The notes beneath the pieces are model-generated. The model had not been told where the DNA came from. It made no database searches and saw only the letters and a program-made list of their open reading frames with translations. A DNA stretch of 64,000 nt from Longimicrobiales bacterium (GTDB lineage: Bacteria; Gemmatimonadota; Gemmatimonadetes; Longimicrobiales; Gaopeijiaceae): assembly GCA_965197725.1 (NCBI GenBank), contig CBDANQ010000061.1, forward strand, positions 64,001-128,000, read 5' to 3'. The translations under genes and the position numbers were made by a program. Shown in pieces: positions 52,380-62,625 of this stretch (its first letter is position 1; every line of letters starts with the position of its first letter).

Positions 52380-53203
52380 GGTAGCTCCGGGCTCACCATG
52401 CCCCTCACTCGTGCCCACAGCCCGGTCTCAGGGGGTAGGGGTGGGACGGGAAGCGGGATCTCATCCTTGAACACGCGGCTCGGGTTCGTGAGGCAGAGGT
52501 TCGTGAGGGACTCCCCGGCGCGCAGCGCCTCAAGCTGCTCCCAAACCTCTTTGAAGTATATCCTGCCCTGCGGCTGGGCGTGAAAGTCCGACGCCAGATA
52601 GTCGGCCCAGCCACGGCGTAGCAGGCGCGCCGCAATCCCCTTGGCAGCGGCACCATAGCGGCCGCTGAGTGAACCGTGGTTGACCTGTAGATAGGCGCCG
52701 ACCTCCCGCCACCTGGCGATCACTCCCAGCTTCCGATCGATGCCGATGTACCGCTCGGGGTGGGCAATGATCGGGCGGTATCCGGCACTCATGATGCGTT
52801 CGAGCACCTTGCTCGTGCCCGGCGGCACGTGGAGACGCGGCCACTCGATCAACACGAAAGAAGTTCCGGCAAGTCGGATGCGCGGATCTGAGAAATCGAC
52901 CTCGGGGATGTCGAGCATCACCTCGTGGCCGCGCTTGAAGTCGACCTCGGGGAAATCGGCTTCCACGGCTATGGCAGCTCGCTCGAACGCTTCGTCGACC
53001 TCACTCAGCCGAGCTTCGATTGCCTCTTCCTTGCGGGTAACGCTTCCGTTCAAGTGAGGTGTGGTGAGGATTTTCCGAATGCCCAGCCGCGTCATGCGCT
53101 CGACGGACGCGAGCGTGTCCTCGAGGTCACGGGCGCCGTCGTCGACCCCAGGGACGAGGTGACTGTGAATATCGGCGAATGCGCCAGGATCCATGTCCGT
53201 CAC
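52376..53203 (-). CDS. CpsB/CapC-type PHP tyrosine-protein phosphatase
   Basis: DIHSHLVPGVDDG, TPH, IIAHPERY, ASDFH. Confidence 0.9.
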   Translation of the reverse strand: MTDMDPGAFADIHSHLVPGVDDGARDLEDTLASVERMTRLGIRKILTTPHLNGSVTRKEEAIEARLSEVDEAFERAAIAVEADFPEVDFKRGHEVMLDIPEVDFSDPRIRLAGTSFVLIEWPRLHVPPGTSKVLERIMSAGYRPIIAHPERYIGIDRKLGVIARWREVGAYLQVNHGSLSGRYGAAAKGIAARLLRRGWADYLASDFHAQPQGRIYFKEVWEQLEALRAGESLTNLCLTNPSRVFKDEIPLPVPPLPPETGLWARVRGMVSPELP

Positions 53204-53490
53204 CGTTTGCTGGCCGTCCTGAGCAAGATCGTGCGTAGCGCGGCGGGAGGATTCGCCTCCTCGAGCGCCGCCTCACAGGCGTACGTCACGAGAGCATCCG
53301 CAGCGAGCAGCTGGAACGCGCTTTCCCGTACGCGGCCGGGTTGGGCGCGGGCCTCATCGAGCGCTGTGCGGGCAAGGAAAGTGATGCGCTCGGTCATCGA
53401 ACCCGACTCGGCATCGGCGTGCAACCACCGTCCTAGGTCCATCGGCGCGGGCGGCCGCCGCGTCTCGATCCACGTGCGGATATCGCTCAC
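53200..53490 (-). CDS. Hypothetical protein
   Basis: Overlaps both neighbours by 4 bp; AFQLLAADALVTYACE. Confidence 0.75.
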   Translation of the reverse strand: MSDIRTWIETRRPPAPMDLGRWLHADAESGSMTERITFLARTALDEARAQPGRVRESAFQLLAADALVTYACEAALEEANPPAALRTILLRTASKR

Positions 53491-56126
53491 GCCGTGCCCG
53501 CCGTGAGTAGGTTCCGAACCACATCAGCACCCGACTGCAGCGCTTCGTCGATGCCCGCGGGGTCTTCAACCCCCGCCTGGGCCATGTGGGGACGACCACC
53601 GCCACGCCCTCCGACGAACGTGGCAACCTCGCTCACGACCGCGTCGGCGCGCACACCCAACGAGATCAGGTCGTCGCTGACGAAGGCAAAGAGCGCCTGT
53701 TTGTCCCCCGGCATCTCCGCGACGAGCACCGCCACGCCCGACTCGCCCGCAGCTAGGAACTCGTCACCCCACTTCCTCGCGTCGTCGGCGCTGCGGGCTG
53801 TCAGCCGAATACCCCTGTAGCTGGACGAACCCTGGTCCAGCTCGATCGCTTCAGCCGCCACTTCCTGCTCGCCCTTGCCGCCCTGGGCCCGCAGCTCGTC
53901 GAGCAGACCCTCGAGTTCGACACGCTCTCGGAGCAGCTGCTCGGCGCGTTGGGTGAGATCCGTGGGCTGCGTCTTCAACACTGAAGCCGCCTCGGCGAGT
54001 GTCGCCTCTTGTTCCCTGAGGTACGCGAAGGCTCCCGGGCCAGTCAGTGCCTCGACACGACGTACACCAGCGGCCACACCCGCCTCGCCCACCAGACGGA
54101 AGAGGCCGATCTCACCGGTGTGACTCACGTGCGTCCCTCCGCAAAGCTCCATACTCACCCCCGCGATACTCACGACCCGGACCTCGTCCGGGTACTTCTC
54201 GCCGAAGAGAGCCATCGCCCCAGCCCGCACGGCTTGTTCGTACGTCCGGTACCTGATCTCGACCGGATGGTTGGCCCAAACGCCATCGTTGACGATCGCC
54301 TCGACGCTTTCGCGCTCTTCGCTCGTCATCGGGGCCGTGTGGGCGAAGTCGAACCGGAGCCGGTCAGGCGCCACGAGGGACCCGCGCTGGACGACGTGTT
54401 CACCGAGAACCTCCCGCAGCGCCGCGTGCAGAAGGTGCGTCGCGGTATGGTTGCGAACGGTATCACGCCGCACACGAGCGGGGACCTCCGCCGAAACGCG
54501 AACGGACTCCGGGCGGTCTGGGAATGCGCCTTCGACGGGGCCGAAGAGCGCGGTCAACGACCCGACCTTCACCACGTTGGCCACGGTCAACGTCCATCCG
54601 TCCCCTCGCACCGTACCCTGGTCAGAGACCTGCCCACCGCTCTCGACGTAGAACGGGTTCTGCTCCAGCACGAGCCCGAGGGAGTCGTCCGCCATGCGAT
54701 ACGCGAGCACATCGGTATCGGCAGTCAGCGACTCGTATCCGACGAACGCCTGCTCGCGCTGGGACAACGTCGTCCAATCTTCAGCGCTCTGGGCTGAGTC
54801 CGCGCCGAGGCCGGCGGTGCCACGATCGGCGCGGGACCGCTCCCGTTGCCGCTCGAGCGCCCTATCGAAGCCCTCCACGTCGACCGTGACTTCGCGCTGC
54901 TCAGCCATGAGCTGAGTGAGGTCGAGCGGAAAGCCGAACGTGTCGTAAAGCTTGAAAGCCTCCTCACCCGGAATCGTCGCTCCCTCGGCCCGCACGAGCT
55001 CCTCGAAGCGCATCATGCCGCCATCGATCGTCGACAAGAAACGCTCCTCTTCCGCTGTTGTGGTCCGTACCAGGTGTTCGCGACGGTGGACAAGGTCGGA
55101 GTACACGTCGCCCATGCTGTCTACGACGGCCTCCACGACGCCCACCAGCGTCGGTTCTCGGCGACCGAGCAGCCACGCGTGCCGGACCGCTCGGCGGAGG
55201 ATGCGGCGCAATACATAGCTCCGCCCCTCGTTGGATGGAAACACGCCGTCGGCGAGCAGGAAAGCTACCGCACGCGCATGGTCCGCTAGCACTCGGTAGC
55301 TGACGCCCTCATCCGAATCACGGTCGTAGTCACGGCCGACGAGCTCGGCGACGCGCTCGAGCAGCGGCGCGAACAGATCCGTGTGGTAGTTGGAATCCAC
55401 CCCTTGAAGGACCGCGGCGATGCGCTCGAGTCCGGCTCCCGTGTCGACCGATGCGGCCGGAAGCGGAGTCAGCTCGCCGGAGGCGTCACGATCGAACTGC
55501 ATGAACACGAGGTTCCAGAGCTCGACGATGATGCCGGCCTCGCTGAGCTCGACGAACTGCTCGGTGCTCGTGACGGGTGCGGGGTCGTCGCGCAGGTCGT
55601 AGTGCAGCTCCGAGCACGGGCCGCACGGACCTGTGTCGGCCATCTGCCAGAAGTTGTCCTTGTCGCCCAGCCGGTATATGTGATCCGCGGCAAGACCCGC
55701 CTCGGTGGCCCAAAGCTCGGCCGCCTCGTCGTCCGTGTGGTGGACGGTCGCGTAGAAACGATCGGGATCGAGCCCGTACACGTCCGTCATCAGCTCCCAA
55801 GCGAATGCGATCGCGTCTTTCTTGAAGTAATCCCCGAACGAGAAGTTGCCGAGCATCTCGAAGAACGTGTGGTGGCGGGTCGTTACCCCCACCTCTTCGA
55901 GATCGTTGTGTTTGCCGCCGGCGCGCACGCACTTCTGGGAGGTTACGGCACGGTCGTAGGGGACCTTCTCCTGCCCCAGAAACACCCGCTTGAACTGAAC
56001 CATGCCCGAGTTCGTGAAGAGCAGCGTGGGGTCATCCCCCGGCACGAGCGAAGAGCTCGGGCGCACCTTGTGACCCTTCTCCTTGAAGAAGTCGAGGAAT
56101 CGCTGTCTGATGTCGGCGGTTCGCAT
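53487..56126 (-). CDS. alaS: Alanine--tRNA ligase
   Basis: DPTLLFTNSGM, HHTFFEMLGNFSFGDYFK, HTATHLLH editing domain, ELCGGTH, GGGRP. Confidence 0.98.
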   Translation of the reverse strand: MRTADIRQRFLDFFKEKGHKVRPSSSLVPGDDPTLLFTNSGMVQFKRVFLGQEKVPYDRAVTSQKCVRAGGKHNDLEEVGVTTRHHTFFEMLGNFSFGDYFKKDAIAFAWELMTDVYGLDPDRFYATVHHTDDEAAELWATEAGLAADHIYRLGDKDNFWQMADTGPCGPCSELHYDLRDDPAPVTSTEQFVELSEAGIIVELWNLVFMQFDRDASGELTPLPAASVDTGAGLERIAAVLQGVDSNYHTDLFAPLLERVAELVGRDYDRDSDEGVSYRVLADHARAVAFLLADGVFPSNEGRSYVLRRILRRAVRHAWLLGRREPTLVGVVEAVVDSMGDVYSDLVHRREHLVRTTTAEEERFLSTIDGGMMRFEELVRAEGATIPGEEAFKLYDTFGFPLDLTQLMAEQREVTVDVEGFDRALERQRERSRADRGTAGLGADSAQSAEDWTTLSQREQAFVGYESLTADTDVLAYRMADDSLGLVLEQNPFYVESGGQVSDQGTVRGDGWTLTVANVVKVGSLTALFGPVEGAFPDRPESVRVSAEVPARVRRDTVRNHTATHLLHAALREVLGEHVVQRGSLVAPDRLRFDFAHTAPMTSEERESVEAIVNDGVWANHPVEIRYRTYEQAVRAGAMALFGEKYPDEVRVVSIAGVSMELCGGTHVSHTGEIGLFRLVGEAGVAAGVRRVEALTGPGAFAYLREQEATLAEAASVLKTQPTDLTQRAEQLLRERVELEGLLDELRAQGGKGEQEVAAEAIELDQGSSSYRGIRLTARSADDARKWGDEFLAAGESGVAVLVAEMPGDKQALFAFVSDDLISLGVRADAVVSEVATFVGGRGGGRPHMAQAGVEDPAGIDEALQSGADVVRNLLTAGTA

Positions 56127-56402
56127 GGGTCGATTGGTAGGGAAGCCGCTTGGCTATTGGACAGCTGTAAGGATAACGCGTGGGGAGTGCGGTATGGAGT
56201 ACTTCGAGGTACGTGGTGGAGGGGGCCGGGTCTCCTGCGTGTGGCTTCAAGACTGCAGTGGCAGAAGCCGGCATCACCAAACCATTGTCGGCCCACGTGC
56301 TTCGAGCGTGCTTCGCGACCGAGATCCGCTCCGGCTGCGAGATCTCGACGCTGCAGCGACTCGGTCCGGGACCTTCTTCCGGCTTTGCTCGAGTGGTGGC
56401 GG

Positions 56403-57545
56403 TCAGTCGGCTGCCGCCTGGGTCTCCTCGACAGACGACGCCACTCCAGCCAGCTCGTCGGCGGATGCCGTTGCTTCTGCCTCGTCGGCCAACGCAGGCT
56501 TGGTGTCCTCGTCGCTGGAAAGGCCGAGTGTCGTGCGCAGACGGGTTTCGATTTCGTCGGCGATGTCGGCGTTCTCTATCAGGAACAGCTTCGAGTTCTC
56601 CTTGCCCTGACCTAGACGCAAATCGCCGTAGGAGAACCACGAACCGGACTTGTCGACGATGTTGTGCTCGACGCCGAGATCGACGAGTAGGCCGGTGTGG
56701 CTGATGCCCTCGTCGTACTGGATGTCGAACTCGGCTTGGCGGAACGGCGGAGCGCACTTGTTCTTCACGACCTTCACTCGCGTTCGGTTGCCGATCACGT
56801 CCTGGCCGTCCTTGATCGCGCCGATACGCCGGATGTCCAACCGGACGGACGCATAGAACTTCAGCGCACGGCCGCCTGACGTCGTCTCCGGGCTACCGAA
56901 CATCACGCCGATCTTCTCACGGATCTGGTTCGTGAAGACCACCGAGGTGTTGGAACGGCTCACGGCGCCCGTGAGCTTGCGTAGCGCCTGGCTCATGAGG
57001 CGGGCCTGAAGTCCGACGTGGGTGTCGCCCATCTCGCCCTCGATCTCGGCTCGCGGCACGAGCGCGGCGACCGAGTCGATGACCACGACGTCGACGGCGT
57101 TGCTCCGGATGAGCACCTCGGCGATCTCGAGTGCCTGCTCACCCGTGTCAGGCTGCGACACGAGTAGGTTGTCGACGTCGACGCCGAGCTTTCTCGAGTA
57201 AGCGACGTCGAGCGCGTGCTCGGCATCGATGAACGCGGCGATTCCGCCCAACCCCTGCGCGTTGGCGATGATGTGCAGGCAGATCGTCGTCTTTCCCGAC
57301 GACTCCGGACCGTAGATCTCGCTGATCCTGCCCCTCGGGATTCCCCCGATACCGATCGCGGCGTCGAGGTTGAGCGCGCCGGTGGGAATGGCTTCGATCC
57401 CGGTGGAGAACCCATCCTCACCCATGCGTATGATCGCTCCTTTCCCATAGGAGCGCTCGATCTGCGTGAGGGCCATATCCAACGCCTTCTGCTGCTGATC
57501 GGCCTTCCTCTGCTCGTTCTTGTCAGTCATTTGCGCCGTCGCCAT
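56403..57545 (-). CDS. recA: Recombinase RecA
   Basis: [40 protein letters not shown] at 57545 with GGAGG. Confidence 0.98.
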   Translation of the reverse strand: MATAQMTDKNEQRKADQQQKALDMALTQIERSYGKGAIIRMGEDGFSTGIEAIPTGALNLDAAIGIGGIPRGRISEIYGPESSGKTTICLHIIANAQGLGGIAAFIDAEHALDVAYSRKLGVDVDNLLVSQPDTGEQALEIAEVLIRSNAVDVVVIDSVAALVPRAEIEGEMGDTHVGLQARLMSQALRKLTGAVSRSNTSVVFTNQIREKIGVMFGSPETTSGGRALKFYASVRLDIRRIGAIKDGQDVIGNRTRVKVVKNKCAPPFRQAEFDIQYDEGISHTGLLVDLGVEHNIVDKSGSWFSYGDLRLGQGKENSKLFLIENADIADEIETRLRTTLGLSSDEDTKPALADEAEATASADELAGVASSVEETQAAAD

Positions 57546-57823
57546 CTCGCCTCCGTCCGCACGATGCCACGAATCTCGGGTGTTCGGCACCCAAAGTATA
57601 GAACCCGAAGAGAAAGCGAAAGTCCTTTCGACCGCCGTCGTCGCTTGAAGTCAAGGTATCGTCTTGCACGGGACATCGGGATGCCCTGGTGGGACGACGG
57701 TAGCAGCCCTATATGAACGGTTGGACCGTATCGGGAACCGCCCGCCCGGGGCAGCGCATTCCTTCCGCATATGCGGTAGTCTGGATCGCTCTTCGCCGAC
57801 TCGCTCTCGAGGAGGACCGAGAG

Positions 57824-59236
57824 ATGCAGCCCAAAGAATACGATCTGATCGCGATCGGTGGTGGCACGGCGGGGCTCGTGTCCACGGCAGGCGCGGCCTA
57901 CCTCGGTGTAAGGGCGGCGCTCGTGGAGAAGTCGGCTCTGGGCGGCGACTGCCTCTGGACGGGGTGTGTACCCTCGAAGGCCCTCATCGCGTCGGCGCGC
58001 CTAGCGCACGCCATGAGACACGCCGACGAGCTCGGCCTCGAGTCCGCTTCGCCAGCGCACGTGTTCTCTTCGGTCATGGCCAGGATGCGGGGGGCCCGGC
58101 GGGTCGTCGAACACCACGACGACCCGCAACGGTTTCGGGACATGGGCGTCACGGTCGAGTTCGGCTCGGCCCACTTCGTGTCACCCGATACCGTCGAGGT
58201 CGAAGGCGTGGGGCGCCTCCAGTCGAAGCGGATCGTGGTTGCGACCGGAGCGCTACCCATCGCGCCGCCTATACCTGGTCTCGCCGAGGCCGGGTACCTG
58301 GACCACCACACGCTCTTCGAAACCGACGAGCTCGAGAGCCGGGTCGCGGTGCTCGGCGCCGGGCCGATCGGCCTCGAGATGGCTCAGGTCTTCGCCCGTC
58401 TGGGCTCGTCGGTCACGGTCATCGAGATGGCGCCACGGATCCTGCCCAGAGACGATGCTGAACTTGCAGGCCACCTGCAGTCGATCCTCGAGGTCGACGG
58501 CATCGAGTTCCGGCTGGGGACCCGCGCCGAGCGAATCGAGTTGCACGGTGACTCCAAGGTCGTCGTCACCGCTACCGGTGAACGAGTCGCCGCGGGCGAA
58601 ATCTTCGTCGCCACGGGGAGGAAGCCTCTCATCGAAGGACTCGGGCTCGACAGGGCCGGCGTGGAGACACGGAACGGCGCGGTCGTCGTCGACGACCGTC
58701 TGCGCACGTCGAACCGCGGTATCTGGGCCGCGGGCGACGTTACCGGCGGCATGCAGTTCACTCACGTCGCCGACCACATGGCGAAGGCGGTCCTGCGCAA
58801 CGCGCTGATCCCCGGCTCCGCCAGGGTGAACTACGATACGGTACCAACCGTCACCTACACGGACCCCGAGCTGGCGCACGTGGGTCTCTCTCACGAGGAA
58901 GCACAGGCTCGCGGCGGCAGCACGTTCACGTACCCGTTCGACGACCTCGACCGAGCCATCGTGGACGGGGAAACCCACGGCCTCGTGAAGATCACCGCCG
59001 ACAAGAAGGGGCGGATTCTGGCGGCATCGATCCTAGGCAGTCACGCCGGCGATCTGTTGATGCCTCTGGTGCTCGCGAAGAAGAACGGGCTGACGCTGAA
59101 CGACATCGCAGGCACGATCTTCCCATATCCCACTATGGTGGAAGGCGTGCTCCGGGCGTGCAACGCCTTCCGTCGCACGAAGCTGGACAGCGCAGGTGGC
59201 CGAACGCTCACCAAGGTGATCTCATGGCTGAAGTAG
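57824..59236 (+). CDS. Pyridine nucleotide-disulfide oxidoreductase (dihydrolipoamide dehydrogenase / MerA-like, no C-terminal Cys pair)
   Basis: IGGGTAG, GGDCLWTGCVPSK, GAGPIG, AAGDV, YPT; ATG at 57824 with GGAGG. Confidence 0.9.
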   Translation: MQPKEYDLIAIGGGTAGLVSTAGAAYLGVRAALVEKSALGGDCLWTGCVPSKALIASARLAHAMRHADELGLESASPAHVFSSVMARMRGARRVVEHHDDPQRFRDMGVTVEFGSAHFVSPDTVEVEGVGRLQSKRIVVATGALPIAPPIPGLAEAGYLDHHTLFETDELESRVAVLGAGPIGLEMAQVFARLGSSVTVIEMAPRILPRDDAELAGHLQSILEVDGIEFRLGTRAERIELHGDSKVVVTATGERVAAGEIFVATGRKPLIEGLGLDRAGVETRNGAVVVDDRLRTSNRGIWAAGDVTGGMQFTHVADHMAKAVLRNALIPGSARVNYDTVPTVTYTDPELAHVGLSHEEAQARGGSTFTYPFDDLDRAIVDGETHGLVKITADKKGRILAASILGSHAGDLLMPLVLAKKNGLTLNDIAGTIFPYPTMVEGVLRACNAFRRTKLDSAGGRTLTKVISWLK

Positions 59237-60729
59237 GGAACGGCGGCCGCGCCGTGTGGCTGAAGCTGGCAGCTCTCGTCCTGATCCTCATCGGCGGTGC
59301 GCTCGCGGCTGCGCTCACCCCGCTCGGACAATACCTGAGCCGTGACGGTGTAGGCCTAGCCATCACTTGGCTGCGGAGCTCCCCGGCCGCGGCACTCGTG
59401 TACGTCGCGGTGTACGTGGCCGCGACCGCGCTCGCGATCCCGGGTTCAATCCTGACCCTGGCCGGTGGAGCCATGTTCGGCGTTTTCTGGGGGACGCTCT
59501 ATACGACCCTCGGAGCGAACATCGGGGCGAACCTGGCGTTCGGCATAGGGCGGTATCTGGGACGTGACGGCATCGAGCGGCTCGGGGGTACGCGCTTGGA
59601 CGCATTGGATCGCGCGACCGAGAACCACGGCTTCCGTGGGCTGCTCACCCTCAGACTGATTCCCGCGGTCCCGTTCAACGCGCTGAATTTTGGATCGGGC
59701 CTCACGGCGATCCGCTGGCCCACGTACGCCATGGCGACGGTGATCGGGATCTTCCCGGGAACGCTCGTCTACACAATGTTTGCGGACGCGCTACTCGCCG
59801 GCTCTCAAGAAGCCTCGCGTGACGCGCTTGTGCGGGTCCTCATATCCGGAGCGATTCTAGTGTTGCTCAGTTTCCTGCCGATGATCGCCAAGCGGCTCGG
59901 TCTGTCGGCGACCGGCGCCGGCGCTGCGCTGTTCGCGCTTGTGGCATCGCCGCTCGTACAAACTCCTGATAACTCGAATCTGGCGGCGCAGGAGTTGCCC
60001 GATCACTCCGCATTCACCGCGGTGCTCGCCGAGGTGGTTGCGCAGCCGCTGGTCGACTATCAGAAACTGAGGGACGGTCGCTCCGCACTCGATGCGTACA
60101 TCGCGTCGATGGCTGAAGCGAGCGCTTCCCAGCTCCAGGCGACCTCCGTCGATGCCCGCCTCGCCTTTTGGATCAATGCGTACAACGCGTGCATGCTCAA
60201 GCTCGTGGTGGATCACTACCCCATCGAGAAGGACGGACGGCTTATCTCGCGTATCCGCAACGCGGTCGCAGACCGGCCCACGAACTCGGTTTGGCAGATT
60301 CCCGACGTGTTCTCGGCGAAGCACTGCCGAATCGCCGGAGCGGAGCGGTCGCAGGACGAGATCGAGCACCAAATCATCCGCCCCATGGGCGACCCACGCA
60401 TTCACTTCGCCGTGAACTGCGCGGCTCTAAGCTGCCCACCGCTCTGGCCGGAGGCGTACACGGGTGACGAGCTCGACGCTCAGCTCGACAGAGCGGTGAG
60501 CAACCTGGTCGGCGATCCCGAGCATCTGCGGGTCGAGCGGGAGACACGCACCACCGTTCGGCTGAACAGGGTCCTGGACTGGTACGGGGATGACTTCGGA
60601 GGGATCGAAGGCCTGAAGATCTTCCTCATCCCCTACGTCCCGAGCGCGACGGCTCAGGATCTCCGCGACGCCCGCACCGACATCGAGTTCTTCGACTACG
60701 ACTGGACGCTGAACGACGTCGGACGGTGA
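59224..60729 (+). CDS. Fusion: TVP38/TMEM64 (VTT/DedA) membrane domain plus DUF547 domain
   Basis: PGSILTLAGGAMFG, LRLIPAVPFNALN; then LAFWINAYNA, DPRIHFAVNCAALSCP, WYGDDF, YDWTLN. Confidence 0.88.
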   Translation: MAEVGNGGRAVWLKLAALVLILIGGALAAALTPLGQYLSRDGVGLAITWLRSSPAAALVYVAVYVAATALAIPGSILTLAGGAMFGVFWGTLYTTLGANIGANLAFGIGRYLGRDGIERLGGTRLDALDRATENHGFRGLLTLRLIPAVPFNALNFGSGLTAIRWPTYAMATVIGIFPGTLVYTMFADALLAGSQEASRDALVRVLISGAILVLLSFLPMIAKRLGLSATGAGAALFALVASPLVQTPDNSNLAAQELPDHSAFTAVLAEVVAQPLVDYQKLRDGRSALDAYIASMAEASASQLQATSVDARLAFWINAYNACMLKLVVDHYPIEKDGRLISRIRNAVADRPTNSVWQIPDVFSAKHCRIAGAERSQDEIEHQIIRPMGDPRIHFAVNCAALSCPPLWPEAYTGDELDAQLDRAVSNLVGDPEHLRVERETRTTVRLNRVLDWYGDDFGGIEGLKIFLIPYVPSATAQDLRDARTDIEFFDYDWTLNDVGR

Positions 60730-62063
60730 GCGATCAGTCCCCCCGGCTCTCGGTCATCATCCCCACGCTGGATGAGTCCGAGCGGCTCGGGCTCCTTCTC
60801 GACGACGTCGCGAGGCTCGACCTCCCTCACGAAGTCGTAGTCGCGGACGGCGGCTCCGCCGACCGCACAGTAGAGATCGCAGCGGCAGTAGGCGCGCGGG
60901 TCATTCACTCACCCCCGGGGCGCGGCGGACAGCTGAGCGCGGGGGTAGGGGCTTCGCACGCACCGTGGTTGCTCGTGATGCACGCCGATTCTCGCCTGCC
61001 GTCACCGGCCCGTGACGCCGTGGCTGACTTTCTTCGTGACGCCGAAGGCGATGACTTCGCCCACTTCGAGTTCGCGCTGGGAGGTGACGAACCGTTCTGG
61101 CGCTTCATCGAGTGTGGACAACGACTGCGCGAGCGCATGTATGGGTTGGTGTACGGAGACCAGGGCCTTGTGGTCTCGCGTGCCCTTTACGATGCCGTCG
61201 GTGGCTATCAGCACTGGCCGGTGATGGAGGACGTCGGCCTGTTCGATCGGCTGAAGCGGGTCGGCAACGGGCGTCGCCTGGGCGCTCCGCTTCTCACGAG
61301 CCCGCGCAGATATGAGGAACGAGGACGCTGGTCACAGTGGCTGGTGAACGCGGGGCTCATCACCTTGTTCCGCCTCCGAGTGGACCCGCATCGGCTCGCG
61401 CGCTGGTACCCCGCCCAGCGCGCCCGAAGTAGACCGACCCATGTCGGGCAGACAATCCTCCTTTTCGCGAAGGCGCCACGCCTCGGGTTCGTGAAGACGC
61501 GCTTGGCGCGAGATGTCGGAGATGAGCGGGCGCTGCAGATTTACCGCGCGCTCGGGTCCCGGGCCGCGGAGGTGGTGAGACGGACGCAGCGCCGGGTGAT
61601 CATCTACTTCACGCCAGACAATGCGGAAGCTGAGATGCGCAATTGGTTGGGGGGTAGGGGCCTCGAGTTCAGGCCGCAAGGTGATGGAGATCTCGGCAAG
61701 CGAATGGCAACGGCATTCGAGGCTTGCCTTCCCGACTGTGCTTCGGTTTGCATCGTGGGAACGGACATCCCCGGGATCACGCCCTCGACCCTTGGCGACG
61801 CATTCGACGCACTCGCCGCACAGGACGTCGTGCTCGGGCCGGCGGAGGACGGCGGCTACTACCTCATCGGCCTCTCCGAGCCTCGTCCCGAGCTCTGCGA
61901 CGACGTGCCGTGGAGCACCGACGCCGTCTTCGACGTCACGACTCAGAGAGCGAGGGCGGAAGGCCTTTCCGTAGCGGTGATGGATCGACTCGCCGACGTG
62001 GATACGGTCGGCGACGTGCCTGCGGGTCTGTCCGCTGCCAGCGGACGCCGAGGTCGTGACTAG
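60726..62063 (+). CDS. Fusion: TIGR04283-type GT2 glycosyltransferase plus TIGR04282-type (DUF2064, CofC-like) transferase
   Basis: SVIIPTLDE, DGGS.D.T, HADS, YGDQG, MEDV, TSPRRY; then FAKAPRLGFVKTRLA, QGDGDLGKRM, GTDIP, GPAEDGGYYLIG, DVDT. Confidence 0.88.
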   Translation: MSDQSPRLSVIIPTLDESERLGLLLDDVARLDLPHEVVVADGGSADRTVEIAAAVGARVIHSPPGRGGQLSAGVGASHAPWLLVMHADSRLPSPARDAVADFLRDAEGDDFAHFEFALGGDEPFWRFIECGQRLRERMYGLVYGDQGLVVSRALYDAVGGYQHWPVMEDVGLFDRLKRVGNGRRLGAPLLTSPRRYEERGRWSQWLVNAGLITLFRLRVDPHRLARWYPAQRARSRPTHVGQTILLFAKAPRLGFVKTRLARDVGDERALQIYRALGSRAAEVVRRTQRRVIIYFTPDNAEAEMRNWLGGRGLEFRPQGDGDLGKRMATAFEACLPDCASVCIVGTDIPGITPSTLGDAFDALAAQDVVLGPAEDGGYYLIGLSEPRPELCDDVPWSTDAVFDVTTQRARAEGLSVAVMDRLADVDTVGDVPAGLSAASGRRGRD

Positions 62064-62149
62064 CCCGACCGGCGCGGATACGTCTTGCCCGGACCCTCAC
62101 CTGACACCCAACTTAGGTTGTCCCCCCTAGGCTCAACTTGCATAACGAT

Positions 62150-62563
62150 ATGCAGCGATTCGAAGGCGTTCGGTCTCGGGTTCGATTCGCGTCACTCAAC
62201 TGCGAGGCCACCCGGGGCGGATCTTGCAAGGTCACTGTTCATCTCGAATGGAACAGCGAGACGTACCGCGCTACCGGGGCGGGGCTCGAGACCCAACAAG
62301 GGATCATCAAGGCCGCCACGCAGGCCGCCCTCGCGGCCACCCTCTCGGCCGCTGGCAACGAAGTCCGCTTGCAGCTCGTCGGCGTCAAGGCCGTGCGCGC
62401 TTTCGACGGATGGGTCGTCATTGCCCGGCTGAGCGGCGAGGGCCCGGAGAGCCAACGCCTGCTCGGAGCAGCGCCGTGCGAGACAGAGGAGCAGCTCCCC
62501 CACGCTGCGGTCCAAGCCGTCCTGGACGCTACCAACCGGGTGTTGGGGGGCGGTTTGGTGTAG
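62150..62563 (+). CDS. Hypothetical protein
   Basis: Alpha/beta-type ORF with LLGAA...AAVQAVLDATNRVL; start uncertain. Confidence 0.6.
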   Translation: MQRFEGVRSRVRFASLNCEATRGGSCKVTVHLEWNSETYRATGAGLETQQGIIKAATQAALAATLSAAGNEVRLQLVGVKAVRAFDGWVVIARLSGEGPESQRLLGAAPCETEEQLPHAAVQAVLDATNRVLGGGLV

Positions 62564-62625
62564 CGCCCCCGCCCCACCACGACCCCGATCCACAGGAGCA
62601 GCGGCGAAGAGGAACCCCCGACGAA

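Noticed and set aside
56127..56402. recX remnant or T-box between recA and alaS
   Set aside because: No RecX-like translation and no T-box motif recognisable
57824..59236. Mercuric reductase merA
   Set aside because: No C-terminal Cys-Cys pair, no NmerA domain and no mer genes nearby
57824..62063. Selenocysteine read-through in the selenodomain-associated operon
   Set aside because: No in-frame internal TGA interrupts any domain
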